Part shown: one piece after another, positions 9,975-19,572 of the stretch | How the letters are laid out: each line of letters starts with the position of its first letter | How positions within the stretch are numbered: position 1 is the stretch's first letter | Virus record (IMG/VR): IMGVR_UViG_3300037634_000022 | Location: 1-31,885 of that record | Reading direction: 5' to 3' (one strand) | From: a virus | Lineage: Duplodnaviria; Caudoviricetes | DNA: 31,885 nucleotides | The notes under the pieces: generated by a model | Database searches by the model: none | What the model saw: the letters and a program-made list of their open reading frames with translations, nothing else | Told to the model about the DNA's origin: nothing | Program-made: the position numbers and the translations under genes

Positions 9975-12155
9975 ATGGCTGCAAATACAACCACTACTAA
10001 CTATAACTTCAACTTAACTGACTTCGACAAGATTCCTTGGCACACCGAGGAACACAACAATTGGCATATTATTGACGCACTGTTAGCTCGATATATTGCA
10101 ATTGGAAGTGTTAAGGGTGCTTGGGAAAATGCCTTAGCAGTTACAGTTGAAAGTAGGTATATAGACCCTGACACAGATACTATCTGGGAAGTGCTTGTTG
10201 CACATACCACAGCTAGTACTGGTACGTTTGCTGCTGATCGAACAGCCAATAGCTCTTACTGGAAGTCAATTAGTGTCGATGTTTCTGCCAAAGGAACGTA
10301 TGCACAAAACACCGCATACAATCCTAATGACTTTGTGATTCAAGGGGATAGGTATGGAGTTGTTCAGACTACTTATACGTCTGACAATACCCAAGCATCT
10401 GCCATATTGTCCTATGATCTTGATGTGACAAATGGAAACATTGTTACACTAATTGACGGCTCAGACCTATTTGACATCATCTTTTCTTCTACAGGAATGC
10501 TGGCAAAGACTGCCACAGGCACATTTACTAGTAGAGAAGTTGAAGGTGGAACAGGTATTGACCTGACTAATGGGACAGGAATCAGTGGTAATCCTTCTGT
10601 AGCTATTGATTCTACAGTAGCCACACTTTCTGGCTCACAAGTACTTACTAATAAGACACTAACTGCTCCTACAATTAATGGGGTAGTTGGAGGTTCGCAG
10701 ACTTCCGCCACAATAAGTACTCTGACTACTTCCAATGTAGATGGAATCCTTGGTGGTGTTAGTCCCGCCGCAGCTACGACTGCCAACCTAACAGTTAATG
10801 GTAATACTGTCCTTGGTGATGCTACTGGAGACTCTATAACCATTAATGGTAATGGAGTTACACTTGCTAATGCTCCAAGTGTTACTGGTACATGGGCTAA
10901 CCTTGGTGGAGTTACCACTGTAGATATCAATGGTGGAACTGTTGATGGTGCGATAATTGGTGGGGCATCGACGGCTGCTATATCAGGAACTACTGGATCA
11001 TTTAGTGGAAATGTTACAGGTGCAGCACCTTCATCTGGTGGACATTTAACTACTAAAACGTATGTAGATGGACTACTAGCTGGATTAGCTAAACGTGGAA
11101 CAGTTAGGGCAGCTACTACTGCGGATATAACTATAGCAACTGCACTTAATAATGGAGATGCTTTAGATGGTGTAACACTTGCGGATGATAATCTAGTACT
11201 TGTAAAAAATCAATCTGATGCCGAAGAAAATGGAATCTATGTTGTTGGTTCTAGTCCAGCAAGAGATGATCTTTATGACACTTATGATGAGCATTGTGGA
11301 TCTATTATTCATGTACAAGAAGGCTCTGCTAATGCCGACAAAATATTCCAGTGTACATCTAATGCTGGAGGAACACTTAATACTACTGCAATAGTTTGGT
11401 CTAATATAGTTCCGGGATCTGGTGGAACAGTAACACAAGTAGTAGCTGGTACTGGACTATCAGGTGGTACTATTACATCAACGGGAACAGTAGCTCTTGA
11501 TATTAATAGTTTAACTACTGAAACATCTATTCACCAGACTAATGACTTCGTTCCATTCTATGATGCAAATGATAGTGCAGCTAACAAAGTTACAGTCGCT
11601 AACTTAATTGGTAGTGCTGCTATTGTACAAGGGACACATACAATATGGGTTCCAGCAAGTGCCATGACTATTGGAGTTAATGCTCCTTCAGCAGCAGTAG
11701 CATCAATTGATAGTGGCTCTGTTAATACTACAATACCAGTATTAGATTTTGACCCTGGATCTTCTGATGAAGTAGCAACATTTAACGTGGCTTTCCCTAA
11801 ATCTTGGAACGCTAGTACGGTTACAGCAAGATTCTTCTGGACTAATTCTGATGCTAACTCAGGTAATGTCGTTTGGGGATTACAAGGAGTGTGCATAGTA
11901 AATGATGCAGCCTTAAACTCAGCAATGAGTGATGCTGGAGAGACTGTTCAAGATGCAAATATAACTACTGCTGGTGATTTAATGGTAACATCTGCAACTT
12001 CCGCAATAACGGTTAATGGTGCGGCAGATGATGGTGTTTGTTTCTTTAACGTATTTAGAGATGCTAGTGACACCACTAATGACACTTATGCAACTGATGC
12101 AAGACTTGTAGGAGTGCAGATATTCTACACTGTTGATGCAAAGGACGATAGTTAA
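9975..12155 (+). CDS. Tail fibre protein 1
   Basis: 726 aa, G/T/A/S-rich. Contains the fibre modules LTNKTLTAPTING, TKTYVD, VRAATT...DGVTL...LVLVKNQ..EENGIYVV and AGTGLSGGTIT. Confidence 0.85.
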   Translation: MAANTTTTNYNFNLTDFDKIPWHTEEHNNWHIIDALLARYIAIGSVKGAWENALAVTVESRYIDPDTDTIWEVLVAHTTASTGTFAADRTANSSYWKSISVDVSAKGTYAQNTAYNPNDFVIQGDRYGVVQTTYTSDNTQASAILSYDLDVTNGNIVTLIDGSDLFDIIFSSTGMLAKTATGTFTSREVEGGTGIDLTNGTGISGNPSVAIDSTVATLSGSQVLTNKTLTAPTINGVVGGSQTSATISTLTTSNVDGILGGVSPAAATTANLTVNGNTVLGDATGDSITINGNGVTLANAPSVTGTWANLGGVTTVDINGGTVDGAIIGGASTAAISGTTGSFSGNVTGAAPSSGGHLTTKTYVDGLLAGLAKRGTVRAATTADITIATALNNGDALDGVTLADDNLVLVKNQSDAEENGIYVVGSSPARDDLYDTYDEHCGSIIHVQEGSANADKIFQCTSNAGGTLNTTAIVWSNIVPGSGGTVTQVVAGTGLSGGTITSTGTVALDINSLTTETSIHQTNDFVPFYDANDSAANKVTVANLIGSAAIVQGTHTIWVPASAMTIGVNAPSAAVASIDSGSVNTTIPVLDFDPGSSDEVATFNVAFPKSWNASTVTARFFWTNSDANSGNVVWGLQGVCIVNDAALNSAMSDAGETVQDANITTAGDLMVTSATSAITVNGAADDGVCFFNVFRDASDTTNDTYATDARLVGVQIFYTVDAKDDS

Positions 12156-14407
12156 TGTTCTTAATGCCTATGAGTGCTGTAGGCTTTGGTGCCTTTTCTG
12201 CTGATACTGGGTACACCATCGAAAACGCTATTTGGCTGGATGGCTCCGCTGACTATCTGACGTGGACACCCGGTGGTGCCGGGAGTCGTAGAGCATGGTC
12301 TGCAAGCATGTGGATCAAAAAAGCAGATGATGCTGGCGGTGATCGTGCTTTCTTCAGTGGTGACTCTTCCGGCGCAGGAGTACTCCGTCACGCAAACGGC
12401 GATGCTCTGCAATTTGACGAAAATGGTGGTACTGTACGACTTACAACTTCAGCAGTCTATCGGGATTATACAGCGTGGCAGAATGTAGTAGCTGTTTGGG
12501 ATAGTGATGATTCTACATCCGGTGATAGGATGAGAATTTTTATAAACGGTGCCAGAGTCACATCGTTCTCAAGTGAAACACAACCCTCCATTAATGCAGA
12601 TGGTAGCATCAACCAAGCTAGTGTCCCATTTGTCATCGGGGCGGGGGCGGATAGCGGACCGGGTCAATTTTTTAAAGGGTATATGGCAGAAGTCGTCTTT
12701 TTGGATGGCACAGCATCCGAAGATGCGAGTGAGTTTGGTGAGAGCGATGACAACGGTGTGTGGGTGCCAATCAAACCACCATCTAGTCTGGGAACAAATG
12801 GTTTCCACCTCGATTTTGCAGTAGCTCCCGGCACGGGCAATGGCGCTGGAACTGACGCATCTGGAAACGATAATCACTTTACCGATGTTAGTATGACTAC
12901 GGCGCAGCAAGTCACCGACACGCCGACTGATGATGTTGATAATAATATTGGTAATCACGCGCTGTGGAACCCGCTAGATGTCCATGCGTCTTATGTTCCA
13001 ACTTTCAGTAATGGTAATCTGACAGCTACTGGGAACAGCGGCAGCGTTTATACTCAAATTCGTGGCACCATTGGAATTTCGTCCGGTAAATTTGTTATCC
13101 AGATTACCCCCAGCAGCACTCTGACAAACGGTGCTTTTATTGGCGTAATTCGAGCAAGCGATTTGCAGGACGCTCCAAATTCGGGGCCGGGAACAAAAGG
13201 CATTCTTTGTCGATCCGACAACACGGGGCAGATTTATAACGACGGTACGGCAGTTGAAAGTTCTATCGGAACTTGGGATAGTGGTAATGATATGCGCGTC
13301 GAAGTGAACGCCGACGATGGGACTGTGGCGTTTTTCAAAGATGGATCAGCCTACGGTTCCGCTGTTTCCAGCCTAACGTTTGATGAACCGTGGGTCTTTA
13401 CTTGGATGCCGTTTGGCACATACGTAGCAACCTTAGAACATTCTATTGCGGCGATGGATGGAACAGTCACAAGTGGGTTTAAGGAGTGGAATACCGCCAA
13501 TCTTCCAGAACCGACTGTAACAAATTTAGATGATGGGTTTGTGCAAGTACTCAACACTGGTGCGAATATTGAGTCGGCGTTGGCGACGGCGCGATCCGGT
13601 CACAGCACATATATGGAAATCTTCAAAGATTTAGACGGTTCGACTGCATGGCAGTGGCGTTTCTCTGACGATGCCAGCAACGGCCTCGACTGCGAAAGCA
13701 CCGCCGCAAAAACCACATTCGTCGCACCTTCTGGTTCCAACGATTTCGTTGGTTGGTCGTTTAATATGAACGCGACCCACGGGATGTTTACTGCTGAAGT
13801 AAGCCACAGTAATGGTTCTGACACTAACACCGCACATTCTTTAGGTTCAGGATTGAAAATGGCAGTGGTTAAAATTACCAATACCACAGGTGCCTGGTAT
13901 TGGTCGCACCCCGGCATGACGTCAGGCTATAATATTTCGTTGAACACACACTCGCCGGGCGAACAGAATAGTACCGTCTACGCGGGGATTGATGACACAA
14001 ACGTGATTGTCAAATCGGCGGCACCAACCGGGACATATCGCGTGATTGCGATTGTTGAGGTGGCAGGATTTTCATCACTGCCGACCCTGCTCGGCAACGG
14101 TGATGCGAATGGACCTTTTGTGTACACGGGTATGCAGCCGGAGTTTATGATATCTCGCCGTCATACCACCGGCTGTAATACATTCGCATATGTTAGACAA
14201 GGCAGTAACCCAGAAAACACTATGGTTGAATTTGATGATCCTGGTGGAACCTCAGTGATTGCGGGCGCATCAAAAGATTGGTGCGCTACAGGTTTCAAAC
14301 AGAGCGATACCAATAACGATTTTAACCAGACCAGCGTAAGAAACTTCATTTGGGCGATTGGGCGTTCCATTGGCGGCGACGGTGTAGCGCAAGCAAAGGC
14401 GCGGTGA
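12155..14407 (+). CDS. Tail fibre/receptor-binding protein 2 with ConA/LamG-like and SPRY-like domains
   Basis: 750 aa. LamG-like start YTIENAIWLDGSADYLTWTP...WSASMWIKK, SPRY-like WNPLD...SNGNLT, and C-terminal GNGDANGPFVYTG. This architecture is common in marine phages. TAATG overlap with fibre 1. Confidence 0.75.
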   Translation: MFLMPMSAVGFGAFSADTGYTIENAIWLDGSADYLTWTPGGAGSRRAWSASMWIKKADDAGGDRAFFSGDSSGAGVLRHANGDALQFDENGGTVRLTTSAVYRDYTAWQNVVAVWDSDDSTSGDRMRIFINGARVTSFSSETQPSINADGSINQASVPFVIGAGADSGPGQFFKGYMAEVVFLDGTASEDASEFGESDDNGVWVPIKPPSSLGTNGFHLDFAVAPGTGNGAGTDASGNDNHFTDVSMTTAQQVTDTPTDDVDNNIGNHALWNPLDVHASYVPTFSNGNLTATGNSGSVYTQIRGTIGISSGKFVIQITPSSTLTNGAFIGVIRASDLQDAPNSGPGTKGILCRSDNTGQIYNDGTAVESSIGTWDSGNDMRVEVNADDGTVAFFKDGSAYGSAVSSLTFDEPWVFTWMPFGTYVATLEHSIAAMDGTVTSGFKEWNTANLPEPTVTNLDDGFVQVLNTGANIESALATARSGHSTYMEIFKDLDGSTAWQWRFSDDASNGLDCESTAAKTTFVAPSGSNDFVGWSFNMNATHGMFTAEVSHSNGSDTNTAHSLGSGLKMAVVKITNTTGAWYWSHPGMTSGYNISLNTHSPGEQNSTVYAGIDDTNVIVKSAAPTGTYRVIAIVEVAGFSSLPTLLGNGDANGPFVYTGMQPEFMISRRHTTGCNTFAYVRQGSNPENTMVEFDDPGGTSVIAGASKDWCATGFKQSDTNNDFNQTSVRNFIWAIGRSIGGDGVAQAKAR

Positions 14408-14411
14408 TGCG

Positions 14412-14948
14412 ATGGACCCACTCACAATAGCCGCTGCAATTGCTGCTACTAAAACTCTAGTAAAATCTGCTAGAGGTGTTCAAGAAATTGCTCACGGATT
14501 AGACGGATTATTCCAGGCAAAAGAACAGCATGAACAGAATAAAGATCATAAAGCTGGTAGCTCAATCGGTAAGAAAAATAAGAGTATTCTACAGAAACGT
14601 GCCGCTGATGATGGCTCAGAAACATCAATGTCATCTGCTGCTGCGGCAGTAATTGAACAGAAGCAATTAGAACAACAACTTGATGATTTAAGGGATGAGA
14701 TAAATCGTAAGTGGCCTACTAAGCCCGGAGAGAAAAGTACCTGGAACCTTATCCTTGAAGAACGTGATAAGCGGGTTGAAGCAAAGAAAGAACGAGCGAA
14801 AGAGCAGAAACTTTTAGATGAAGAACGTGCAGAACGCCGGAAGGCAATACTAATTGAAGTCGCCAAAGGATTAGCTGTTGCAGTTATTGCTGGTGGACTT
14901 GGTACTTTTCTGTATTGGGCAGCGACTTATGGGCCAGCGGTGAGGTAA
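14412..14948 (+). CDS. Coiled-coil membrane protein with a C-terminal TM helix (lysis-cassette associated)
   Basis: 178 aa with an MDPLTIAAA start, a charged coiled coil and a hydrophobic segment GLAVAVIAGGLGTFLYWAA. Confidence 0.7.
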   Translation: MDPLTIAAAIAATKTLVKSARGVQEIAHGLDGLFQAKEQHEQNKDHKAGSSIGKKNKSILQKRAADDGSETSMSSAAAAVIEQKQLEQQLDDLRDEINRKWPTKPGEKSTWNLILEERDKRVEAKKERAKEQKLLDEERAERRKAILIEVAKGLAVAVIAGGLGTFLYWAATYGPAVR

Positions 14949-14949
14949 T

Positions 14950-15303
14950 ATGGAACTAACTGCTTCTCATGCAATACAAGGACTGATGTTAATTGCTACT
15001 ATTGCTGGCGGATATGCAGTAGTGAAATCAAACTTACAAAGAGTGATGCAGGATCTAGAAGTATTCCACAAAAACTTTGATAAGTTTAAGTCTACGTTTG
15101 ATGCTAGACTAGACGATGCAGAATCACAGAGGGCTGTATTCACTAGTCAAATTGATGTACTAAAAGATATCAACAGTGTAGCTGCTTTGGAACATCGTAA
15201 CCGTGAGATGGCTACACTACAGGCAGAAGTTAAAGTTATGAAGTCACAGATTTCACACCTTAATGCCATACACAATGGCAAACACCCATCTGTAAAGGAA
15301 TAA
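14950..15303 (+). CDS. N-terminally anchored coiled-coil membrane protein
   Basis: 117 aa with a GAGG RBS. TM segment AIQGLMLIATIAGGYAVV followed by heptad repeats. Confidence 0.7.
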   Translation: MELTASHAIQGLMLIATIAGGYAVVKSNLQRVMQDLEVFHKNFDKFKSTFDARLDDAESQRAVFTSQIDVLKDINSVAALEHRNREMATLQAEVKVMKSQISHLNAIHNGKHPSVKE

Positions 15304-15306
15304 GTA

Positions 15307-15369
15307 ATGGTCGGATTAACCTTATTAGTTCTTAGTGCAGCAGTCCCGATACTCTGGGGAGTTTTATAA
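15307..15369 (+). CDS. 20-aa hydrophobic microprotein MVGLTLLVLSAAVPILWGVL (not in ORF track)
   Basis: AAGGA RBS upstream. It almost exactly fills the intergenic gap, and its TAA overlaps the holin ATG (TAATG). Confidence 0.6.
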   Translation: MVGLTLLVLSAAVPILWGVL

Positions 15370-15806
15370 TGTTATCTCTTGTCGGATCAGTCCTTGGTTT
15401 TGGTACTTCCTTTCTTCCAAAGGTACTTAACTTCTTTGAAGAGAAAAGAGATCAAGCTCACGAACTTTCCATGATGGATAAGCAACTAGATCAACAGTTG
15501 CAGATTGGAAAGCAGAAGATGCAGATGATGGATATCGACGCAGATATCCGAGAGACTGAGACATTACATAAAGAACACGCAACAATAACTGCTAAGTCTA
15601 GTCAGTGGGTTATTAATCTTAGTTCTTCAGTTAGACCAATAATAACATACTGTTTATTCATTGAGTTCGCTGCACTTTCTGTTTGTGTTAATGCTGATTG
15701 GATAACAATGGAACAGTACAAGATGATTTGGAATGATGAGTTCCAAGCTGTCTGGGCTGCTGTTGTTTCTTTCTGGTTTGGTCAGAGAAGTTTTAACAGA
15801 AAATGA
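15369..15806 (+). CDS. Holin (3TM gene-transfer-agent holin-like)
   Basis: 145 aa with the W...SSVRPIITY and FWFGQRS motifs and hydrophobic helices. ATGA overlap with the lysozyme. Confidence 0.75.
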   Translation: MLSLVGSVLGFGTSFLPKVLNFFEEKRDQAHELSMMDKQLDQQLQIGKQKMQMMDIDADIRETETLHKEHATITAKSSQWVINLSSSVRPIITYCLFIEFAALSVCVNADWITMEQYKMIWNDEFQAVWAAVVSFWFGQRSFNRK

Positions 15807-16249
15807 AGATAAACGAAGCAGGATTAGACATTATTAAGTACTACGAAGGGTGGTCAAGCCGCCCTTATAAATGTCCTGCGGGTATTGCTACTATAGGCTT
15901 TGGTTCTACTTGGGATATTAATGGTGACAAAGTTAACATGAACCATAAGAAGATAGATAAAGGTCATGGAGAGTTACTGTTACTAAGAGAGTTAAAGCAT
16001 GTTGATCATGCAATTAGGAAACTAGTTACTGCTGAGTTAACTGAGAATATGTACTCAAGTCTTGCTTCTATAATATACAATATAGGAAGTGGGAACTTTC
16101 AAAGAAGTACATTAAGAATGAAATTAAATAGAGGTTCGTACGAAGGTGCCGCTGATGAGTTTCCTAAGTGGAGAAGGGCGGGTGGTAGAATACTTAAAGG
16201 CTTAGTAAAACGCAGAGCTAAAGAACGTGAATTGTTCTTGGCTGTATAG
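15803..16249 (+). CDS. Endolysin, GH24 lysozyme
   Basis: E-x8-C-x5-T catalytic pattern (EGWSSRPYKCPAGIATIGFG), plus YNIGSGNF..STL and GLVKRRAKE. No SAR domain. Confidence 0.93.
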   Translation: MKINEAGLDIIKYYEGWSSRPYKCPAGIATIGFGSTWDINGDKVNMNHKKIDKGHGELLLLRELKHVDHAIRKLVTAELTENMYSSLASIIYNIGSGNFQRSTLRMKLNRGSYEGAADEFPKWRRAGGRILKGLVKRRAKERELFLAV

Positions 16250-16260
16250 GTAGGTTAGAT

Positions 16261-18027
16261 ATGTCTTGGGAAAGTTTTGAAGAGTTTAGTAACCCTGCTG
16301 GGGTTCAAGGGTTTGATGCAGGTCGTGGGCCTGATCTCGGAGGAGGAAGTCCTCCCGGATTCTCAGGTATGACTGCGGCACAAGAAGCTCAACAAGCTGC
16401 TAGTATTGCTGCCGAACAAGCTGCCCAAGCTGCACAAGTACAAGATTTAGTAGATCAGTTAAGTAGTATTGGATATGACGTTGGTGGCCGTTTTTCGGCA
16501 TTTGATCCTTCATATACTCGTGAAGATGCAGAAAAGAAAACCGATGACATCTTAGATTTCATAGATGGAAAAAGGTCCATAGATGGACGCAAATTCGAAA
16601 AATCTGATCTTACAGGAAGAGATGCATTAATAGCTGCACTCAAAACAATGTCCAAAGACTCTGCGGGGGGATATGGCAGACCAGTTAATCAACTTGGAAC
16701 TGGTGATCCTATAGCTGGAGGTGTTACAGGCCACCCTGATTTTGGGCTAACTTCGCCACCAGACTCACCCATTCACCATCCACCAGAATATTTACGTAAT
16801 GAGTGGGATACTTACGGTCCCGGAGGGCCACCACAACCCGCCACATCAGTCGGAGAAGGAATTTATAGTCTGCTTTCTGCTTTCCCAGGTATCGGTATGG
16901 GAGCGCAATGGGGAGGCAGAATTGGTTTTCCCCAAGAAACGAATAGAATTGAACGTAATGCTATAGATAAAATTAATGACCTTTTTGGCACTACACCAGC
17001 TAATATAGATCCTTTGGACCCTAGTTTGGGGCCGAACAAGTTTTCAGATTTAGGATCAGATATACCAGCACAAATGCCGGGACTGTTTTCAGGACTTACT
17101 TTTGGCCCACCTGATCCGGGACCGCCAAGTGAGAATCCAGAGGCAGGAAATATAGACGCTATCTACAGATTCTTACAAGATCCTAATTACGGTAACATTC
17201 CAGAAGTAGATCCATTGGCTGCTCTAACAGCTTATGAAAATGCTATTAGAGGTATTGATGCAGTAGTAGGCGAAAGAGGATTTACTGACCGAGGATTTGC
17301 ACAAGCAGCTAGAGATCGTTCGAAAGGCATCTTTGATAAGTTCGAAGCTGGACAAGATTTCGATTCGATGCTCAACGAAAAGATTGGTAGAGCCTTCGCT
17401 GATGAAGCCTTATTTAACAAGGACGTAGAACTCCGCGGCCAAGGAGTGCAAGCAATAAATCAAGCATTTCCTCAAGGATTTGAGACTGACATATTTAATC
17501 CTGACGCATTTAGTAAAGTTGCGGAAAATATATACGGCCAGAAGTTAAGTGGCGCACAAGATGTTATTGCTAGGGCTGGATCACGGGGGCAGTTAAGTCC
17601 TAGAGGTGGACGTTTAGCTAGTGAAAGTCTATTATCACAAGGGTCAGACGTACAAAGTAGGCTGGATGATATACTTGGTGGTGTTAGAAGTGAAGCTGGA
17701 AGTGGAATTGATGCTATTAGAGGGTCAGCACTAGAAGCTGCACAAGGATACAAACTCGGAGATGAATTGTTCGATGTTACTCCATTCACTGACCAAGCTA
17801 GAGACTACTTAACTACAACTGTTGGCGAGTTGCCTGGACGAGTATCGGAAGCAGTAGGAACAGACCCACTATTTAGTGCAGTATCAGCACTACAAGAAGG
17901 TGGAAGACAACAAGGCATGGTAAGTGGTGCGCCGAGTTTTCTTGATGCATTAGCAGAAAGAGAGAGTGGAGTTGGAACTAGTAGAGATAAACGAGGACTT
18001 GGTTCCCGTGGAAGTGGAGTGTTTTAA
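16261..18027 (+). CDS. Putative internal virion/ejection protein
   Basis: 588 aa, G/A/P-rich with a helical C-terminal half. First gene of the terminal four-gene block. Confidence 0.6.
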   Translation: MSWESFEEFSNPAGVQGFDAGRGPDLGGGSPPGFSGMTAAQEAQQAASIAAEQAAQAAQVQDLVDQLSSIGYDVGGRFSAFDPSYTREDAEKKTDDILDFIDGKRSIDGRKFEKSDLTGRDALIAALKTMSKDSAGGYGRPVNQLGTGDPIAGGVTGHPDFGLTSPPDSPIHHPPEYLRNEWDTYGPGGPPQPATSVGEGIYSLLSAFPGIGMGAQWGGRIGFPQETNRIERNAIDKINDLFGTTPANIDPLDPSLGPNKFSDLGSDIPAQMPGLFSGLTFGPPDPGPPSENPEAGNIDAIYRFLQDPNYGNIPEVDPLAALTAYENAIRGIDAVVGERGFTDRGFAQAARDRSKGIFDKFEAGQDFDSMLNEKIGRAFADEALFNKDVELRGQGVQAINQAFPQGFETDIFNPDAFSKVAENIYGQKLSGAQDVIARAGSRGQLSPRGGRLASESLLSQGSDVQSRLDDILGGVRSEAGSGIDAIRGSALEAAQGYKLGDELFDVTPFTDQARDYLTTTVGELPGRVSEAVGTDPLFSAVSALQEGGRQQGMVSGAPSFLDALAERESGVGTSRDKRGLGSRGSGVF

Positions 18028-18029
18028 TT

Positions 18030-18860
18030 ATGGTTGCTCAGTGGATCGCCCCAGTAGTAGGTGCTGGACTTAATTGGTTAGCTGGAAGAGATGCTTCTAA
18101 AGCCCAGACTGCTGCTAATGAAGCTAACATTGCTGCTGCCGCTGCTAATCAGGAGAAATCCCTACAAGCTCTAACAGGTGACACTCCATTTTCTAGTACA
18201 ACTAGAACTCCCGAAGGTGGATTTGATGTAAGTTTCGGTCCTGCGGGTGAAGCTGCTGCTGAAGCTAGAAGGAAAATGGCAGTAGGTGATGTAGCAAGGG
18301 CAGATAACTTTAATCAAACTGCTACTGCTGCACCAACATTTGGGTCTATAGGTTCAGCTAAAGATTATCTATCGAGAGATACTAATCGTGGCAGAGCTAA
18401 CTTTATGGATCAGATTAATAACTTAACTGCTAGAGATAGGCAGACTAGTAGTGGCATTCCATCCACTAATGATCTTGGAAGGTTGGCTGGTAAACTTGCA
18501 CCAGCTTATAGACAGTTTGAAACTGCTGATATAGATGCACTTAACTTGTTTAACCAACAAGGAACTGCTGATCGTGCAAGATTAACTGACATTCAGAACT
18601 TGAACCGTCCACAAGCACCGGCTCCGGGATTTACTGACAAGACTCCGGGAGGTTTGGCATCACAAGCTATATATAGTACCCCACCACCAGCCTCTATTCC
18701 TGATATGAGTGGAGCATTAGGATTTAAAGCTGCGGGTAATTATTTTACCGACATGGCAGCTAGAGATAGAATGGCTGCGGCTGATCAAAAGTATTGGGAT
18801 CATCAAAATAAACTTATTGCTGCACTAGCTGGTAGGCAAGTAGGGAATGAAGGGCCGTAA
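18030..18860 (+). CDS. Putative DNA ejection/pilot protein
   Basis: 276 aa. The hydrophobic G/A-rich N-terminus followed by ASKAQTAANEANIAAAAANQ is typical of podovirus ejection proteins. Confidence 0.7.
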   Translation: MVAQWIAPVVGAGLNWLAGRDASKAQTAANEANIAAAAANQEKSLQALTGDTPFSSTTRTPEGGFDVSFGPAGEAAAEARRKMAVGDVARADNFNQTATAAPTFGSIGSAKDYLSRDTNRGRANFMDQINNLTARDRQTSSGIPSTNDLGRLAGKLAPAYRQFETADIDALNLFNQQGTADRARLTDIQNLNRPQAPAPGFTDKTPGGLASQAIYSTPPPASIPDMSGALGFKAAGNYFTDMAARDRMAAADQKYWDHQNKLIAALAGRQVGNEGP

Positions 18861-18862
18861 TC

Positions 18863-19570
18863 ATGTCTGATATGATGCTTCCATTTAAGTTACTGTCTGC
18901 ACCTACTCCTGATACGTCAGCGCAAACTGCTAAAGATACTAGAGCTTTAGCATCTGGTGAGGCATTGCAACGCCTAAAAACTAGTGGTGCGATGGATCTT
19001 CAAAGACGTAAAGGTGCAGACACATTAAGGAATACAGCATTTCAACTTGGTTATGGACTTAGTCCTGACCAAGCTGAAACAGGTATGTATAATCCTGATC
19101 AACAAGCTGGATTGAAGAGACTACAAACTGCTGTAGAAATTGGTAAGTTTGCTCCCGGATTAGCTAACTTATTCCGTGCTGGTGTCGGTCCTAAACTAAC
19201 TGCTGGAACTACAATACAAGACTTACCCACAATAGGACTTAGGCCATCTGAATTTCCTGGTGGACAAGCTGCTAGGTTAGGCAAAACAACTCTACAAGAT
19301 GACGTTACAATAGATGATATTGTTGCTCCAGATAATAAACCACTTAGCCCGTTTGCGAAAAGAAAAAGAAAGCAATCAAAAAAAGTACAAACCAAAGCTC
19401 CTGATGCAACTACAGCAACAGTTGACGCAGCTAAAGCTAATAAAGTATCGGCTCCTCAACCTGATGATATTCCCCCTCAAGGAATTCCTTGGTATAACCC
19501 CAAAACTAGACAAAGTGGCAGGGTTTATGGGGTTGCTGGTAAGTACCGATTTATTCCTGATCCCGAATAA
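18863..19570 (+). CDS. Putative internal virion protein
   Basis: 235 aa within the ejection block, with a basic patch KRKRKQSKK. Confidence 0.55.
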   Translation: MSDMMLPFKLLSAPTPDTSAQTAKDTRALASGEALQRLKTSGAMDLQRRKGADTLRNTAFQLGYGLSPDQAETGMYNPDQQAGLKRLQTAVEIGKFAPGLANLFRAGVGPKLTAGTTIQDLPTIGLRPSEFPGGQAARLGKTTLQDDVTIDDIVAPDNKPLSPFAKRKRKQSKKVQTKAPDATTATVDAAKANKVSAPQPDDIPPQGIPWYNPKTRQSGRVYGVAGKYRFIPDPE

Positions 19571-19572
19571 TC

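Noticed and set aside
10412-10930. 172-aa antisense ORF in tail fibre 1, and similar antisense ORFs such as 21918-22433
   Set aside because: These are the expected mirror ORFs of G/T/A/V-rich coding sequence and have no independent signals.
9294-12155. Three consecutive tail ORFs in the same frame, suggesting readthrough or stop recoding
   Set aside because: The first junction has a double stop (TAA TAG) and each gene has its own SD. TAA, TAG and TGA all end genes normally elsewhere.
15845-15895. Cys replacing Asp in the lysozyme catalytic triad
   Set aside because: E-x8-C-x5-T is a known functional GH24 variant.
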